From Octopus bimaculoides (taxonomy: Eukaryota): a stretch of DNA of 64,000 nucleotides. Below, piece by piece: positions 37,393 through 51,900 of the stretch. The position numbers and the translations under genes are program-made. Below the pieces are notes generated by a model. The model saw nothing but the letters and a program-made list of their open reading frames with translations. It had not been told where the DNA came from and did no database searches. The stretch spans positions 150,382,238 through 150,446,237 of the forward strand of contig NC_068983.1 in assembly GCF_001194135.2 (NCBI RefSeq), in the 5' to 3' direction. Position 1 is the first letter of the stretch; each line of letters begins with the position of its first letter.

Positions 37393-38439
37393 TAGATTAG
37401 ATAATTGAACACACTAGTTTTGGGAACACTGCAGTTATTAAAATTCATCATTTAAAAACCATATCTTCAAAAAGGTAGTTTTTATTGCTTTACACTTAAA
37501 TTTGATAATATTTATAAAATATGCAGGTATTATGATCTGTGAACTGAAGTGTTCATCTTTAATAGATCTCTCTCTCTCTCTCTCTCTCTGCACCTACTTT
37601 TTGCTCAGATACATAGAGTCTATTCAGGTTTAGTCCTAGATTAATGTTTTTTTAAACAGTTAAACTGCAGAACAGAGGTGAAAGTTTAGCATTTCTCATA
37701 CTTAAATCCACAAATAGTAGATGAAATTTACTACATCTAAACAGCCATATTTTGCCTTTTGTAACATTAGCTAAATTTACATTACTTATCTTAACATAAG
37801 CTCACATTACAACAGTCCTCCAGTCTTTCACACTTAATTTACTAACATAACACACAATGCAAGCAACATATTCCCATACTTGAAATATGTAAAAAGAAGA
37901 AAAATTTTCACACTGAAACAAGTAGATTTTTGTGAGGAATAAAACCTATCCCATTTTATTACATAACTCATCCCATTTTACTGCACTTGTAGGTGACCTA
38001 ATATTAACCAATTACTGAAGGAAAACAAGGAATCTTTTCTCCCTGTATGTAATCAGTATCTGAATGTATGTTGCACTGTTAACTATTACAGCCAACTAAC
38101 TGAAAAATTGTTCTTGCTAAGCACTTTTGTGTGTAACTGATAATTTTCATATAACCTACTTTTAATGTAACTAATTCAGTTTTACACATAACCTAGCACT
38201 CGTCAAACATATAGAGACAACTTGCTAAAAAGGTAAAATTGTCTCAGAAGATTCAATTTATTTTATCAATGATTGTTAACATTAATAACCCTTCCTATAA
38301 AAGGCACATGGCCTGGAATTTTGGAGATGGGGTTAGCCAATTACATCAACCCCAGCACTATATATATATATTGATGATATTGCATATAACTATCATGTCC
38401 AACTTGACTATTTTATGAAGAAAGAAGTGTTAGGTATGT

Positions 38440-38830
38440 CAACATATCTTTTCTATCTTTTCAGACCTTGTAGCCTTGAATAGTTTTCTCCTCCTTGGAA
38501 ATGAATGAATGGTCTGGCAATTTTTTCCAATACAATCCAGTTTCATCTATGTTAAAAATCTGTTTGGGAAGAAACCCGTTTTCTTCAATGATTTTCTTTA
38601 ATGCATTAGGAAATTCCGCTGCTGCTTGTTCGTCAGCTGATGCACTTTCATCTTGCTTCTTAATGGACTGATTAAGAGCAACTTAATTTGCTTCTTAATG
38701 GACTGATTTAAGAGCAACTTCTTTACTCTTAAATCTCATGAATCATCCTATTTTTACCACCCCAAATCTCCTCTGACAGCATGTCCTGACATATCTTTGC
38801 CATCATCTTTCTCACTATCACTCTTTTGAT
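38440..38830 (-). mobile_element. Tigger/pogo transposase fragment
   Basis: ESASADEQAAAEFPNALKKIIEENGFLPKQIFNIDETGLYWKKLPDHSFISKEEK matches the Tigger1/TIGD1 DDE N-terminus. Confidence 0.85.
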
Positions 38831-39009
38831 CTTACTTTCCAACTCACTCTCCTTTGTTTTCCAAGTGAGAAATCCCTTTATCTACTCTACAGCAAGACAC
38901 ATATATCTGTCCCCTCTATACCTTAAATCTATCAATTGGTACAAAGCCACACCCACTCAATACTACTCCCTGTTGAGTGGGTTTTGTTTTGCAAGGTACT
39001 TAATGACTC

Positions 39010-39390
39010 TGTTGGTGCTGGTGCCACATAAAAAGCACTGGTGCTGGTGCCACAAAAAAAAAGAAAGCACTGGTGATGGTGCCACATAAAAAAGCAATGG
39101 CGCTGATGCCACATTAAAAGAATTGGGGCTGGTGTCATGTAAAAAAAAAACACTGGTGATGGTGCCATATAAAATGTACTGGTGATGGTGTCATGTAAAA
39201 AATACTGATGCTGGTACTACCTAAAAAGCACCCAGTACACTGTAAATCAGTTGGTATTAGGAAGGGTATTGAGCTGTTGAAACTATACCAAAAATAAACA
39301 ATGGAACCTAGTGTGGATCCTGGCCTTGCCAGCTTCTGTCAAACAGTTCAACCCATACTAACATGGAAAATAGATATTAAAGGACGATAT
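39010..39390 (+). mobile_element. Old RTE-related 3' end with about 8 tandem ~26-bp units
   Basis: Units (c)tggtg(c/a)tggtgccacataaaaagca followed by a diverged core (gttggtattaggaagggtattgagctg...aacatggaaaatagatattaaa). Confidence 0.65.
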
Positions 39391-41248
39391 GTTGTCATCA
39401 TAATCATCATCTTTTAACAATCATGTTCCATGCTGGCATTGTTGGGTTGTTTGACATGATCTGATGGGTCCAGAGAGTGCATTGTTCTCCAGTGTCTGCT
39501 TTGGCATGGTTTCTCTGGCTGGATGCTGTCCCTAATTCCAGCCCAGACTAAAATCCTCTTCAACTAAGTGGGACTAAAGTAGAAAGGGAAGCAGGTGTAT
39601 GCTGTGAGATGAGGAGTTAAACTGAGATAAAAAGGGCCTGAAAAGAACAGGTTCCTGTAGGGAACTACACAATCACTCACATTATAGAAGGTGAGAGTGG
39701 TTAAGAAAGAATTAGAATGAGACAGAGAGAGAAGGGAAAAACTGAAGAAACAGCAACAGAGAGAGAAAGAAAGAGAGAATAAAGTGAAACTGAAGGTAAA
39801 AGAAAAAGTTTGATGCCATGAACAGACATTTCTGTACTTTAAACTAACACTTTTACTCTACTACCACCCCATTACAACTACCAATTTTTCTTCATCGCTT
39901 TTCTTGAGTCCTTCTCATTTTATCCCAGAGGTTTTTGGATTCCTGATTTTTTCTTCAAGTATTATTTTGGGGCTGAATTTGGATGTGTGTGCAAATTTTC
40001 GAAGAGATTTTTAGTGGGTGTCCATTTATAGTGTCACCAATTTAGTGAGAGTGGTTACTAATTTATAGTATAAAAGTATTCGTGGAAAAGTCCTGTGAGT
40101 GAGCTTTTGAGAAGCATGTGTAATGGAATATCAGAAAGCATTTTTATACAAAACCTTTTAATCTATTAAAAGATAACGAGAGCTGACAAGTAGTAAGAGT
40201 GTAACTTGAGTGTGTGTGCATGAGTCAGGGAAAGCTTTATAACTTGTGATTGAAATATGGATTCAGTTGGAAATCATTTTAAGCTAATAGGAATTGAGCT
40301 ATTGTAAACAAAAATATACCAGTCATAACATGGCCAGAGTAGTGAGCTGATGTCATCCAGAATTTCATGGAGTGAAGTTGGCATAAATGAAATAGGCTGT
40401 TCATGATGTGATCAGAGTTGGAGGGCAAGTATAATTCATAGCTAGTGGCAAGAAGCTGGTGTGAAAAAAAACTGTTCATGATGAAGAGGCAATGTTGCTG
40501 GTCCACCATCTTTCTGTTAACAGAGAATTGCCTTTGGTATTAATACACACCCAGTCCAGATTGGCTGGAGGTGTGCTATGATGTGACAACTAAAATAGCT
40601 TTCCTGACATGCTACAGATTTATTGAGAAACATTTCAAGGCAAACAAACATTGACTCTTAAAGAGAAGAGATTTTATGAGTATGGTGCTGTTTAATCCAA
40701 ACTCTAATGGTTTGCAAGGACATGTATTGATTTAAAGGATGAATTATTGGGGGTTTCCCATTGCCTTTTGCAGATCCTTAAGAAAACAACACTATTCACT
40801 TTTGCCCACCCACTTCTACTTACTATCACCTCTAGTAAGATAGACAATGTTGCAGATGATATCACTGCTCATTCCTCCTTAATCTTTTGCATCCTAAACA
40901 TTTCATCCCAAATCTACATTGACATCATGAACAGACTTCAAAAACTTTTTCCAACAGGTTCATGTGAATCTTCTCTCCTTTACCAGCACTAATAATCATT
41001 ACATATTATCATGGACATGTCCCTTAATACGAACAGCATGCAGTTAGAATCTTCAAAATTACTACAAATGCCATGCAAAATCATAACTTAAGGTCTCTCC
41101 TGGGGAATGTATATTCTTCATATAGCTAAAATTATTTTGCAAAAACTGATCTTCCATTTCAGCGCCAACAAGTACTTGTACTCTCTACACAGATCTGATG
41201 AAACCTGCAATAGAATACCGTTTCCATATTTGTGATAGTGCTGCTACT

Positions 41249-41618
41249 TGGTTGGCACTCTGTCGCTTATGACGTCGAGGGTTCCAGTTGATCCGATCAA
41301 CGGAACAGCCTGCTCATGAAATTAATGTGCAAGTGGTTGAGCACTCCACAGACATGTGTACCCTTAACGTAGTTCTCGGGGAGATTCAGTGTGACACAGA
41401 GTGTGACAAGGCTGGCCCTTTGAAATACAGGTACAACAGAAACAGGAAGAAAGAGTGAAAGAAAGTTATGGTGAAAGAGTATAGCAGGGTTCACCACCAT
41501 CCCCTGACGGAGCCTCATGGAACTTTAGGTGTTTCGCTCAATAAACACTCACAACGCCCGGTCTGGGAATCGAAACTGCGAGTCCACTGCCCTAACCACT
41601 GGGCCATTGCGCTTCCAC
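41249..41618 (-). mobile_element. SINE, same family as 14580-14940
   Basis: Colinear over about 350 bp, with a small deletion in the tRNA head. Confidence 0.85.
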
Positions 41619-41639
41619 GCTGCTACTTACACAGACAAC

Positions 41640-42950
41640 TTAAACCACATTTGAAGAAAGTCCATCTGATTAGCATGAAGTCATCCTCCAATATACTTCA
41701 ACCTTGGCTCCACAGATGCACTGTCAACTTTGCCTTTTCTACCTTTATTTCAGAGGCCTCCGTTCCTAGCAGCTGGATGGGATCATATAACCTTCATCAT
41801 TCACGCTGTGCCCAATTTTATCCTCATACATTAGTTACAACACTCATTCCTTCTTTCCTAGAACATTAGCTGGAAATTCATTGCTGCAATTGTTGACTTA
41901 TCATTGTTCAAGAGGAACATTAACTGCATCAGTCTTGCTAATTTCTGAGCACTTATAAATGCTATAGACAGAGAATCTTCCTTCTGATCCAATCTTCTAT
42001 GTTAACAAATTACAATTTTGCAGTCCTGCCAAATTGTAACACAGGATATGAATGGCTGATCTCTTGACTAGTTGTGTAGTCCCCATTGGGCTGACTTCTA
42101 TATATTAATGATATCAATATGAAACTGATTATTCAGACATCTGGCAAACAGGATCTTATCAGCAAGTTATCTCTCGTGCTTGTTTTTCATGGAAAGAAGC
42201 AAACCATAAATAGAATTCTTTTGCAACTAGCAAGTAATGGAACATACACTGGTCATGCTGCAAGACAGTCCACTCACACTGTCTCATACTGATTGTTGAA
42301 GTGTTTATCTAGTGTCGATATCTTTTCTGTCTTTTGTAGCAACAACCATAGACTGTTGTCAATGGTAAAATAAATATTTTTGCATTTAAAAATCATCACA
42401 CAGGTAACTACTGAAAATCAGAAATCATTTTTATCATTACAATTTATGACCTCAAGAAGAGACATGAACTGCAGCCTAAAACTTTCAACAACACTACTGA
42501 AAGGCCTGTACACGACCCTGTCAAGAATGCTAGGCAGCTTATCAACACACTAAACAGGTTCACAAACACTGCCAATATATCTTAGCAAGTATCTTTTCCC
42601 ATTTATCATAGCTTTGTCCAAATTACCAACATTCCTGTTGTGGATACATTGGTGCTCCCATCACAAACACGTTATGCTGTTTCTCAGCATATCAAGCATT
42701 TTCAACTACATCAAAAAGATGACAGTATGCTACCTGCAACATCATCAATACCCAATTAACGTGACCAATAAATTCTTTGTCTTCATCCTCAAAAAAAAAA
42801 AAAAAAGGACTTGGTCAGCATTGACTGCTTAAAATTGGCTCACCCTGAGTCTCAAACATCAATACATTCTTCCACTGATACCTCCATATCTGTCCCAGTG
42901 ACAATGAGATCAGGTTAGTGAGTACACTTCCTGTCTCATTATGCACAATA
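41640..42950 (-). mobile_element. Highly decayed hAT-like transposase remnant
   Basis: Fragment VCDGSTNVS resembles the hAT (ZNF862/ZMYM-type) DGSTD motif; many stops. Confidence 0.35.
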
Positions 42951-43545
42951 CAGCATGTGGAAAAAAAATTGTTTCTTTCATAGTGATACTGACTTCACAT
43001 GGATTCTTCTTTTCAGTTCACACACACACATTGACATATATACATTCCCATGCATTTAGCATGCACACAAATACGCCAGTCAACTTCAATTGCTTCTGTT
43101 CAGAAGCTTTGAAAATGGCTGAATTGGTTTACTATACAACACAGATTCAGATTCACATGAATATGCTAAAACCCACCATCTAACAAATGTACACACACAC
43201 AAGTCTATATACGAGTTACTCACTCATTCACTCAAACACATACTATGAAGTCTATCAGATTTTCCTTCCTTGTATTTATACAACTATTTTTTGGTTTCTT
43301 TTGTATGTGTAAATATTACCTTTTGGTATGAATACTGCTTCTATTGCTAATAATAATTTTTTTGCTCAGTATGTAGAAAAGGAGTAGGTAGTAACTCTAT
43401 AAGATGTACCCGGTGCAAGCTATGGACACATAAGAGGTGCAGCAACATCAAAGGCAGGTTAACTAGCAAGTTAGTTTTTGTTTGTGGCAGATGTTCAGGT
43501 GCAATAAAGACTGCAAACAAACAGGAAACAACTTCTATCTCATTC

Positions 43546-44546
43546 CAGGGTGAAAAACTAGAGGTAGTCGATAGCTTCCGCTATCTGGGCGACCAAGTTA
43601 GTAGTGGGGGTGGGTGCGCTGAAAGTGTAGCTGCTAGAATAAGAATAGCCTGGGCAAAGTTTAGAGAGCTCTTACCCCTGCTGGCGACAAAGGGACTCTC
43701 ACTCAGAGTAAAAGGCAGACTGTATGACGCATGCNNNNNNNNNNNNNNNNNNNNNNNNNNNNNNNNNNNNNNNNNNNNNNNNNNNNNNNNNNNNNNNNNN
43801 NNNNNNNNNNNNNNNNNNNNNNNNNNNNNNNNNNNNNNNNNNNNNNNNNNNNNNNNNNNNNNNNNNNNNNNNNNNNNNNNNNNNNNNNNNNNNNNNNNNN
43901 NNNNNNNNNNNNNNNNNNNNNNNNNNNNNNNNNNNNNNNNNNNNNNNNNNNNNNNNNNNNNNNNNNNNNNNNNNNNNNNNNNNNNNNNNNNNNNNNNNNN
44001 NNNNNNNNNNNNNNNNNNNNNNNNNNNNNNNNNNNNNNNNNNNNNNNNNNNNNNNNNNNNNNNNNNNNNNNNNNNNNNNNNNNNNNNNNNNNNNNNNNNN
44101 NNNNNNNNNNNNNNNNNNNNNNNNNNNNNNNNNNNNNNNNNNNNNNNNNNNNNNNNNNNNNNNNNNNNNNNNNNNNNNNNNNNNNNNNNNNNNNNNNNNN
44201 NNNNNNNNNNNNNNNNNNNNNNNNNNNNNNNNNNNNNNNNNNNNNNNNNNNNNNNNNNNNNNNNNNNNNNNNNNNNNNNNNNNNNNNNNNNNNNNNNNNN
44301 NNNNNNNGTGGCACATAAAAGACACCATTTCGAGCGTGGCCGTTTTCGTGCGGGTGACACGTAAAAGCACCCACTACACTCTCTGAGTGGTTGGCGTTAG
44401 GAAGGGCATCCAGCTGTAGAAGCTCTGCCAAATTAGATTGGAGCCTGGTGTTGCCATCCGGTTTCACCAGTCCTCAGTCAAATCGTCCAACCCATGCTAG
44501 CATGGAAAGCGGACGTTAAACGATGATGATGATGATGATGATGATG
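43546..44546 (+). mobile_element. RTE-clade LINE 3' part spanning an N gap
   Basis: EKLEVVDSFRYLGDQVSSGGGCAESVAARIRIAWAKFRELLPLLATKGLSLRVKGRLYDAC, then gap, then the same 3' UTR and (GAT)n tail. Confidence 0.88.
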
Positions 44547-47500
44547 AATAAGCCCACTGGCTATTTGTGACACCAGTGTTTCTGTGTACATTGCTAGCAG
44601 GTACTGAGGTTCAATGTATATTGCTAGCAGGCAGAGATATTGCTGTTATCTTCATGTCTAAACAAGGTCAGTGAAGGCCAAAATCATGTGATCTGGTAGT
44701 CTTGGTGATTTATCTTCCAGCTAGTGAAGTAAACAAGTGCTATAATTTCAATAGAAAAATCTGTAGAGATAACCTGAACAAGTGATTTTAAGTGCACTGC
44801 TAACACAGTAGTACATGGCATTGACTTATGAAAACATTTTATGACTGCATAATGAAATACCGTGAGCAGACAAGCCATTAATATATATATATATATATAT
44901 GTTCTCACATACCTTGCTATGCAGATTTCTGCACCTCAAACTCGTACAAAACAGTACATGAAAAATGCTTTCTGTCAGTACTCCAGTCTTTTCAGCTAGA
45001 TCACCTGCTTGCTATCTATGCAATTTAGGCAACATCCTCAGTCCTGCATTCACCTTTTTTAATGTATATTCCTGTACACACTTCACATCTGCACCTATTT
45101 TCATTTTGTTCAAGTCACCAATAATGGTCATTTCACTGACAGGAAAGTCCTGTAGCAGTTCTAAAACACCTAGGAATTGAAACCAGATTGCTAAAGTTCA
45201 ACAATCAGAATTTGTGTTAGAAATCAATGATGTGAGTGCATGATAAACCAATTAGGTCTCTGGCAGAATCCAATGTATGAACATGAATGCTATTCACTCA
45301 ACTATTGATGACGATATTAAAAAACTGACCACTCAGACAATATGATAAACAGTATCTTATTAGAAAGTTGATTATTCTTCATGGACAAAAACAAACTGTA
45401 AACAGAATTCTTTTGCCACTGGAAAGTAGTGAGTTATGCACTAGTCATGCTGCCAGACAGTCCACTCACACTCCTGTCTCATATTGACTATTTAACTGTG
45501 CACCTGGTGTCAATATTGTTTCTGTTCTTGGTAGTAATGACAAAATGCAGTTGTCAAATGTAAAATTAAAAATATTTTCACTTTTAAAATCTCAATGGAA
45601 TTTGTGTTCTTGGCCAAATCATTACACTGGTGACTACCAAAAATCAGAAATAATTTTATCATTACATATGTAACATCACAATCAACTGGTGTTCTGTTTA
45701 AAAGTTAATCTTATTCTCAACATTCTAACATATTTCACAACCAAAACCTATCCTATCAATATATGATGTTTTTTGGGGTTGCAAGGGGTGACAGATTTGG
45801 TTGACAGGTGGATAAATTACTTTGAAGTACTTATGTATCCTAAGTTCCTTGTTTAAATCTTGCTGATATCAAACTTCACCTTTCATCCTGGGGTAAAAAA
45901 AAAAAAAAAATAATGATTAACACTCAACTTCTCACTTTGCAAAATTTGTAGGCTTTGGTTAAATTTAGAATTCATTTCTTTTTTTTATAAATAAATATAC
46001 CACTGTAATTTGTAAGAATTTTAGTTCATCTTATTTTTAAATTTATTTATCTTCTACATTTACAAAATGTTTCAACATGTTCAGTTTCCAGTTTATCAGA
46101 TTATATAATTTATTACAGACAAGCTTTCTTCAAATCTTATATTGCTTTTAAGTTTTACAAGAAATTGGGCAACGTTGCTGAGAGGTAAAGTAGGACATTT
46201 GAAAGATGATTTACGACATGAAATATGTTGTAGAAAATCTCACTGACACTGTCCACAGTCGGGATAGGATGTAAAAATAAAAATAAAAAAAAGGAAGGGG
46301 GCAGGATTTCGAGTTTTTTTTTTTTATGGAATGGGATTGTTCAATTCAGTAATTCAATCCAATTCAATGGATTTACATAAAGCTTATTCACAATAAACAC
46401 CAGCTGGACTTTTATAATATCATTATTTCCCTTGCTTTATAGCCACTGTCTAACAGCAGTCTTCTATAATAGCAATATCATGTTAATATATATACCCGTC
46501 ATCAACACGTGTGTGTGTATGTGTGAGAGAGAGAAAGAAAGAGAGTGTATGTGTGTGAGCGCAGGCATGGCTGTGTAGTTTAAAAAGTTTACTTTGCAAT
46601 CAATAATCAAGACATCTCAGAACGAATGCCACTGTGTGGTATCTTGGATAAATGTTGTTTATCACAGCTTTGAGTTGACCCAGGTCTTGTGAATAAAATT
46701 AGGTAAACAGAAACTGTGGAGTACATGTAGTTCAAAAGGCCAGCCTTCCAACCCTGCCACACACTGTGTCATGTTGATTCTGCCTGAGGATTACATTAAT
46801 GGTACATGTGACTGTGAAATACTCAACCACTTACACTATAATTCAATGAATAGGCAGATCAGTTGATCAAACAACTGGGGAACTCATTGTCGAAATAGAC
46901 GGAGATTCATTTACTTTATGTATGTATAATACACACACATATATGCCTACATAAACATATAGTAATCAAAAAGCAACCGTGTACTTAAGAATTATTTGTA
47001 TATTAATAATATCAACTTTTAATTAAAATTTCTATTTTACCAATCATTTGCTTGAACACATTTCTTAATGTGTTGCTTTGCATTTGTAAAAAGTTAATTC
47101 AGTGTTTCTGGACAATAATTATTTCATAGTGCACAATTACTTTTGATCACTTATGTGTGTATGTAACTATGTACATTGGAGTGTATTGTGGTAAGGAAAA
47201 AAAAACCCCTTTTTACATAATAATAGTTAGACTGTTTGTCTGACCAATTCTGAATTTTTCCCTTTTTTAAAAATGTCTCAAACACATTTTTGTATTTTTA
47301 TTTGCTCCTGAAAGCATAAAGACACAATAGTATATATATAAAAAAAAAACTGAGGGTTTAGAATATTGCAGCTTTATAACATAAGATTATTTTGTTTGAG
47401 ACTTTTTGAAGATTCAGAAAATAAACTTGGTCAACAAAACAAACATATGTTTAACTAAAAATTAAACATAACATTATATATATATATATATATGAATGTA

Positions 47501-47596
47501 TGTATAACTTTAAACAACTCCAGGAGTGAAGTAGAAATTTTTAAAGATTGCATGTGTATTATATGTGTCTGTTTATCTGTCTGTGAGTGTATGTAT

Positions 47597-47648
<52 letters not shown>

Positions 47649-48369
47649 CTCACATACATATGCATGCACAAAGTGAAAAGTATGTAACTATACAGGCATT
47701 ACAAGGAAAAAATAGTGGAAGAATCACATGGGAACTGAACCCAAGTGCACTAACTTTATGCTACTGGGTAATGTTAATTGGCAACACGTGTAAGTTTATA
47801 TGGTGAAGTATATAAAAAAAGGGCCTGGACATGTTTGAATGACTAGCAGCATAAAGTTAATACATTCTGGGTATTAAGTAAAGATCCTTCATAAATTTGT
47901 GTAATTTACTTAGGGTTATATATAGCTGGATTTAGCTGAACATCTCAAGAGAGAGAAAAGGATAAATTTTCATACTGCGGTTTCAAGTTGAAATGTCAGT
48001 TTTCATTTATTCACAATTTTGGCCACAAGTTACTTTCTTTTTTTTTTTTAATAAATTTTGTTTGTTAAATCTGAAATATCCAAACTGTAAAAACCAGTGT
48101 TAAAATCTGGATATTCCAACAGTCAAATTGTTTTTACTCGATGATCCAAATTTCTCACAGATATCAATACATTTGCGTGTGAGTTTCTGTGTGCTATTTC
48201 GATGATTCAAGATCCCATCAAATGTATCTGGAGAAGGGATCAGGAATGATCTTTCCCCAAAACTAAAATGTTTTTTACTTCTCCATTTCAGTTTGTTGTT
48301 TTAAATCTATATGCATGTCTGCACATGCAATATATGCACATAAGCACGAGTGCACAAATGTAAATACAA

Positions 48370-48511
48370 TGTGTATGTGTTATATATATACATATATATA
48401 AATATATATACACACACATATATATATACATATAATGTATATATATATATATAATGTATATACATATACATTCACACACATATATACATATACACACACA
48501 CACATATATAA

Positions 48512-48558
<47 letters not shown>

Positions 48559-48655
48559 CATATATATATATATATAATATATATATTATACATATATGTG
48601 TGTGTGAATATATATATATATAAACACCTACATACAGATATACATATATATTTTT
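48370..48655. repeat. Compound (TA)n/(CA)n low-complexity tract downstream of the MAP2K4 stop
   Basis: Direct reading; other (TA)n tracts at about 425, 7706, 7801, 32578, 32712, 33048, 47600, 53960. Confidence 0.95.
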
Positions 48656-48833
48656 CTCGTGTGAAATCAATTTCATTTATTTATTTATTTATTTATCCCC
48701 TTTTCTTCTTCATTCTTTGCATTGTTAACAGAATTTCCTTTGAAGTTCTAAGTCTGCTTTGGTTCCAAGAGGAAAAGAAAGTGGATAAAATAAATGCAAA
48801 AACCATGATTTTGTTTTAGCAATTGGCTGATTG

Positions 48834-48944
48834 TTAAGAGGTTGAAGACAGTCCCTGTGTTTCATAATATTGATCAATTACGTTGCATACATAGCCAGCT
48901 ACATCCACTTCTTCCTCTTCATAACGACGGATAAAAGGATGATC
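48834..48944 (-). CDS. MAP2K4: MAP2K4 last coding exon ([24 protein letters not shown]...*)
   Basis: cttcag|GAT ... stop TAA; similar to vertebrate HPFILMYEERAVEVACYVCKILD. Confidence 0.93.
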   Translation of the reverse strand, partial: DHPFIRRYEEEEVDVAGYVCNVIDQYYETQGLSSTS

Positions 48945-51900
48945 CTGAAGAGACAAATAGGAAAAGAAAAAAATAATAATTTTTGACGTAGACACACAGT
49001 CACACATTTTGTAGGGAAGAAACAATCAATAAAAGTCGACCTCCATACTTGACTGGTCCTTTCTTTTATCAATCTCCAGAAGGATGAACAACAGAGCTGA
49101 ACCTCAGCAGGATTAAGAAAGTGAAAAGATGTGATGAAATATAAAAAGCATTTTGTCCGATGCTGTGATACTTTACCAATCTCGCTAATCATGCCACATT
49201 AGCATAATAAACAAACAAAATAAGCAAAAAACAAAGTAGAAAATATGGACATAAAAAAACAAATCGGAAGATAGTTTTAATGAAGAGATTGCCAGTAGCC
49301 ATGACATCGATGATTTCATCCTATGAATTAATGAGGCCATAAAGTACTGGTGATGGCTTGGATAATTGTAATTCTTTAATGAGAGCTACGGATGAATGAA
49401 TCTGCTGGATGTCAGACAATCTGTAAAGAATCCAGAAGTTGGTGTCTAGTTAATGGTATTGTGTAGTGTTCAGGGCCAACATAATTATCAGTCAAGTTCA
49501 TCCATGTATGTAGGAGTCAAAGGTAGAAAGAGAGAATGCTGTAAGCTAGTAGATATGAGTTGAGCTGTTTCTGTTCATTACAGTCAAAAGAAGAGTTGCT
49601 ACATTGGCTGTGGTTGCTGTTTAGGATCAAGTTATCTCTAACTGAGCTCATGTATAACTGATTTTAAGACATTCCTCATGTGACCGTTTTTCAGAATCAT
49701 TGCATCTAGGACATCATTACTCAGTGTGTCCTTTTATTTGGAGATAATAGGGTGTAATTGAAGAAAGATTTGGTTGCTTTTTTCAGCAAATTAAGTGACT
49801 GCATAAAGTTGATTTCACTGGTTCACATTCCACTGTCTCATCCACATGTCAACAAAGCTGATCATCTATTGGTGAACAAACTCAGATTGCAAAAGTCAAG
49901 TAACTGACTCAGTTTGTGTACAGTATACTCTTTTACTTGTTTCAGTCATTTGACTGCGGCCATGTTGGAGCACCGCCTTTAGTCGAGCAAATCAACCCCT
50001 GGACTTATTCTTTGTAAGCCCAGTACTTATTCTATCAGTCTCTTTTCGCTGAACCACTAAGTGACGGGGACATAAACACACCAGCATCGGTTGTCAAGCG
50101 ATGGTGGGAGGACAAACACAGACACACAAACACACACACATACATATATACAACAAGCTTCTTTCAGTTTCCGTCTACCAAATCCACTCACAAGGCTTTG
50201 GTTGGCCCGAGGCTATAGTAGAAGACACTTGCCCAAAGTGCCACGCAGTGGGACTGAACCTGGAACCATGTGGTTGGTAAGCAAGCTACTTACCACACAG
50301 CCACTCCTGCACTTGACTATTTTTAGAAATAATACATTTCTAAACCTCTCAGAGAGATTTATGCAGTAGTGATATGATGAAGTAGCTGTATGCTGTCAAC
50401 TTAATGTGACAGTCCCCTGAACGGAATAATACTACTGTTGGTTAGACCTAGGAAGCTTCATTGTGCTGATATATATATATATATATACATATATATGAAT
50501 TGAGAATAACAAGCTAATCAAAATGCTGGATGATTATTTATATTTTTAGCGCTTTCTTCCATTGTCGAATTTATCAAAAAAGTGGTTTACATTAAGTCTG
50601 CTTTGCCTTTTTATATAAAATTGAAACTGATGATGTTTTGGAAAGGGAGAGAGTGGTAGGGGGAGAGCAACCATCCCCCCTCTCTCTCTACCCCTTTCCA
50701 AAACATTGTCAGTGTTCGTTTGGCATAAACAAAATTGCAAATCTTTGTTATTGTATATGTTATATTTTTGACATGAGCTGGATGCCCTTCTTATTACCAT
50801 CTGTTTTACAGCATATATAAAAGGACACACACACACACACATTTACCTACTTGCAAATACACACCCTTCTTCAATAAATGAGGGTATACAACAAACTTTA
50901 AATGGTTAAGATGAAATGAATATAAAGAAAAATGTTCCTTACCAATAATTTTCCATATTTTGGTCTTCTTTTCTCATCTTTTATCAAGCTGGAAAGGAAA
51001 GAAAAACAATACCAGTTAAAAATTTAGGGAGATGTCACATGGAGTCGTTATTTTGTTATGGAAAGATTTCTCTTCATATTGTGGATAATCTTTTATCTTT
51101 TACTTGAGGCATTGAGGAATGTGGCCATGCTGGGGCACTACCCTAATGGGTTTAGTCAAACAAATTGACTGCAGTACTTATTTTTTAAGTCTGGTTGGTA
51201 CTTATTATATCAGTTTCTTATGTTGAATTACTAAGATACAGGGAAGTGAACAAATCAATACTGGTTATCAAGTGGTTGTAGTCCAGGGAACAAATATAAA
51301 CACATGATGGGCTTCCACACAGTTTCTATTAACCAAGTCTGCTCACAAGGCATTGGTTAGCCTGGGACCACAGTAGAACACACTTGCCCAAGATGCCACA
51401 GTATGAGACTGAACCTCAAACCACGTGGTTGCAAACTGAGTTTCCTAACCACACAATCAGATTAATCCAATCCATATTAGGATTGTGAAAATTATTTGAA
51501 AAAAAAAAAAAAGTAACAACAACAAAAAAGTTTATAAATGCAATATAATTCTTACCATGTATATAAGAAACTTTTGAACTCATCAGAAAATCTTGAATCA
51601 TATGTTCGCAAACTGGGAGGAGGTCCTTGCACAACTTGGGTGAGCTGGTCAAAAACACTGTCCCACTTGGGGTAAGGAAAACGACCGGTAGATAGTTCCA
51701 TCTGGGGTGTTTAAAAAATAAATTAAAAATTAAAAAATAAATAAAAGCAAATAAATTTCGAATTCAAGTAAATTCTTGCCTTTTGTCCAAATATTAAATC
51801 ATTTTAGTTTCATTGTCTTTTTGAGATGACCGAGAAGATTTCGATATTGCTCACCCGCTCTATCAAACAGCTTGAATCTGCTTTCGCAGGGAGATTGCAA

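Noticed and set aside
43581-44467. Long ORFs of 195-259 aa in the ORF track (also 7688-8273, 58253-58853)
   Set aside because: Made mostly of N-gap X residues or microsatellite translations.
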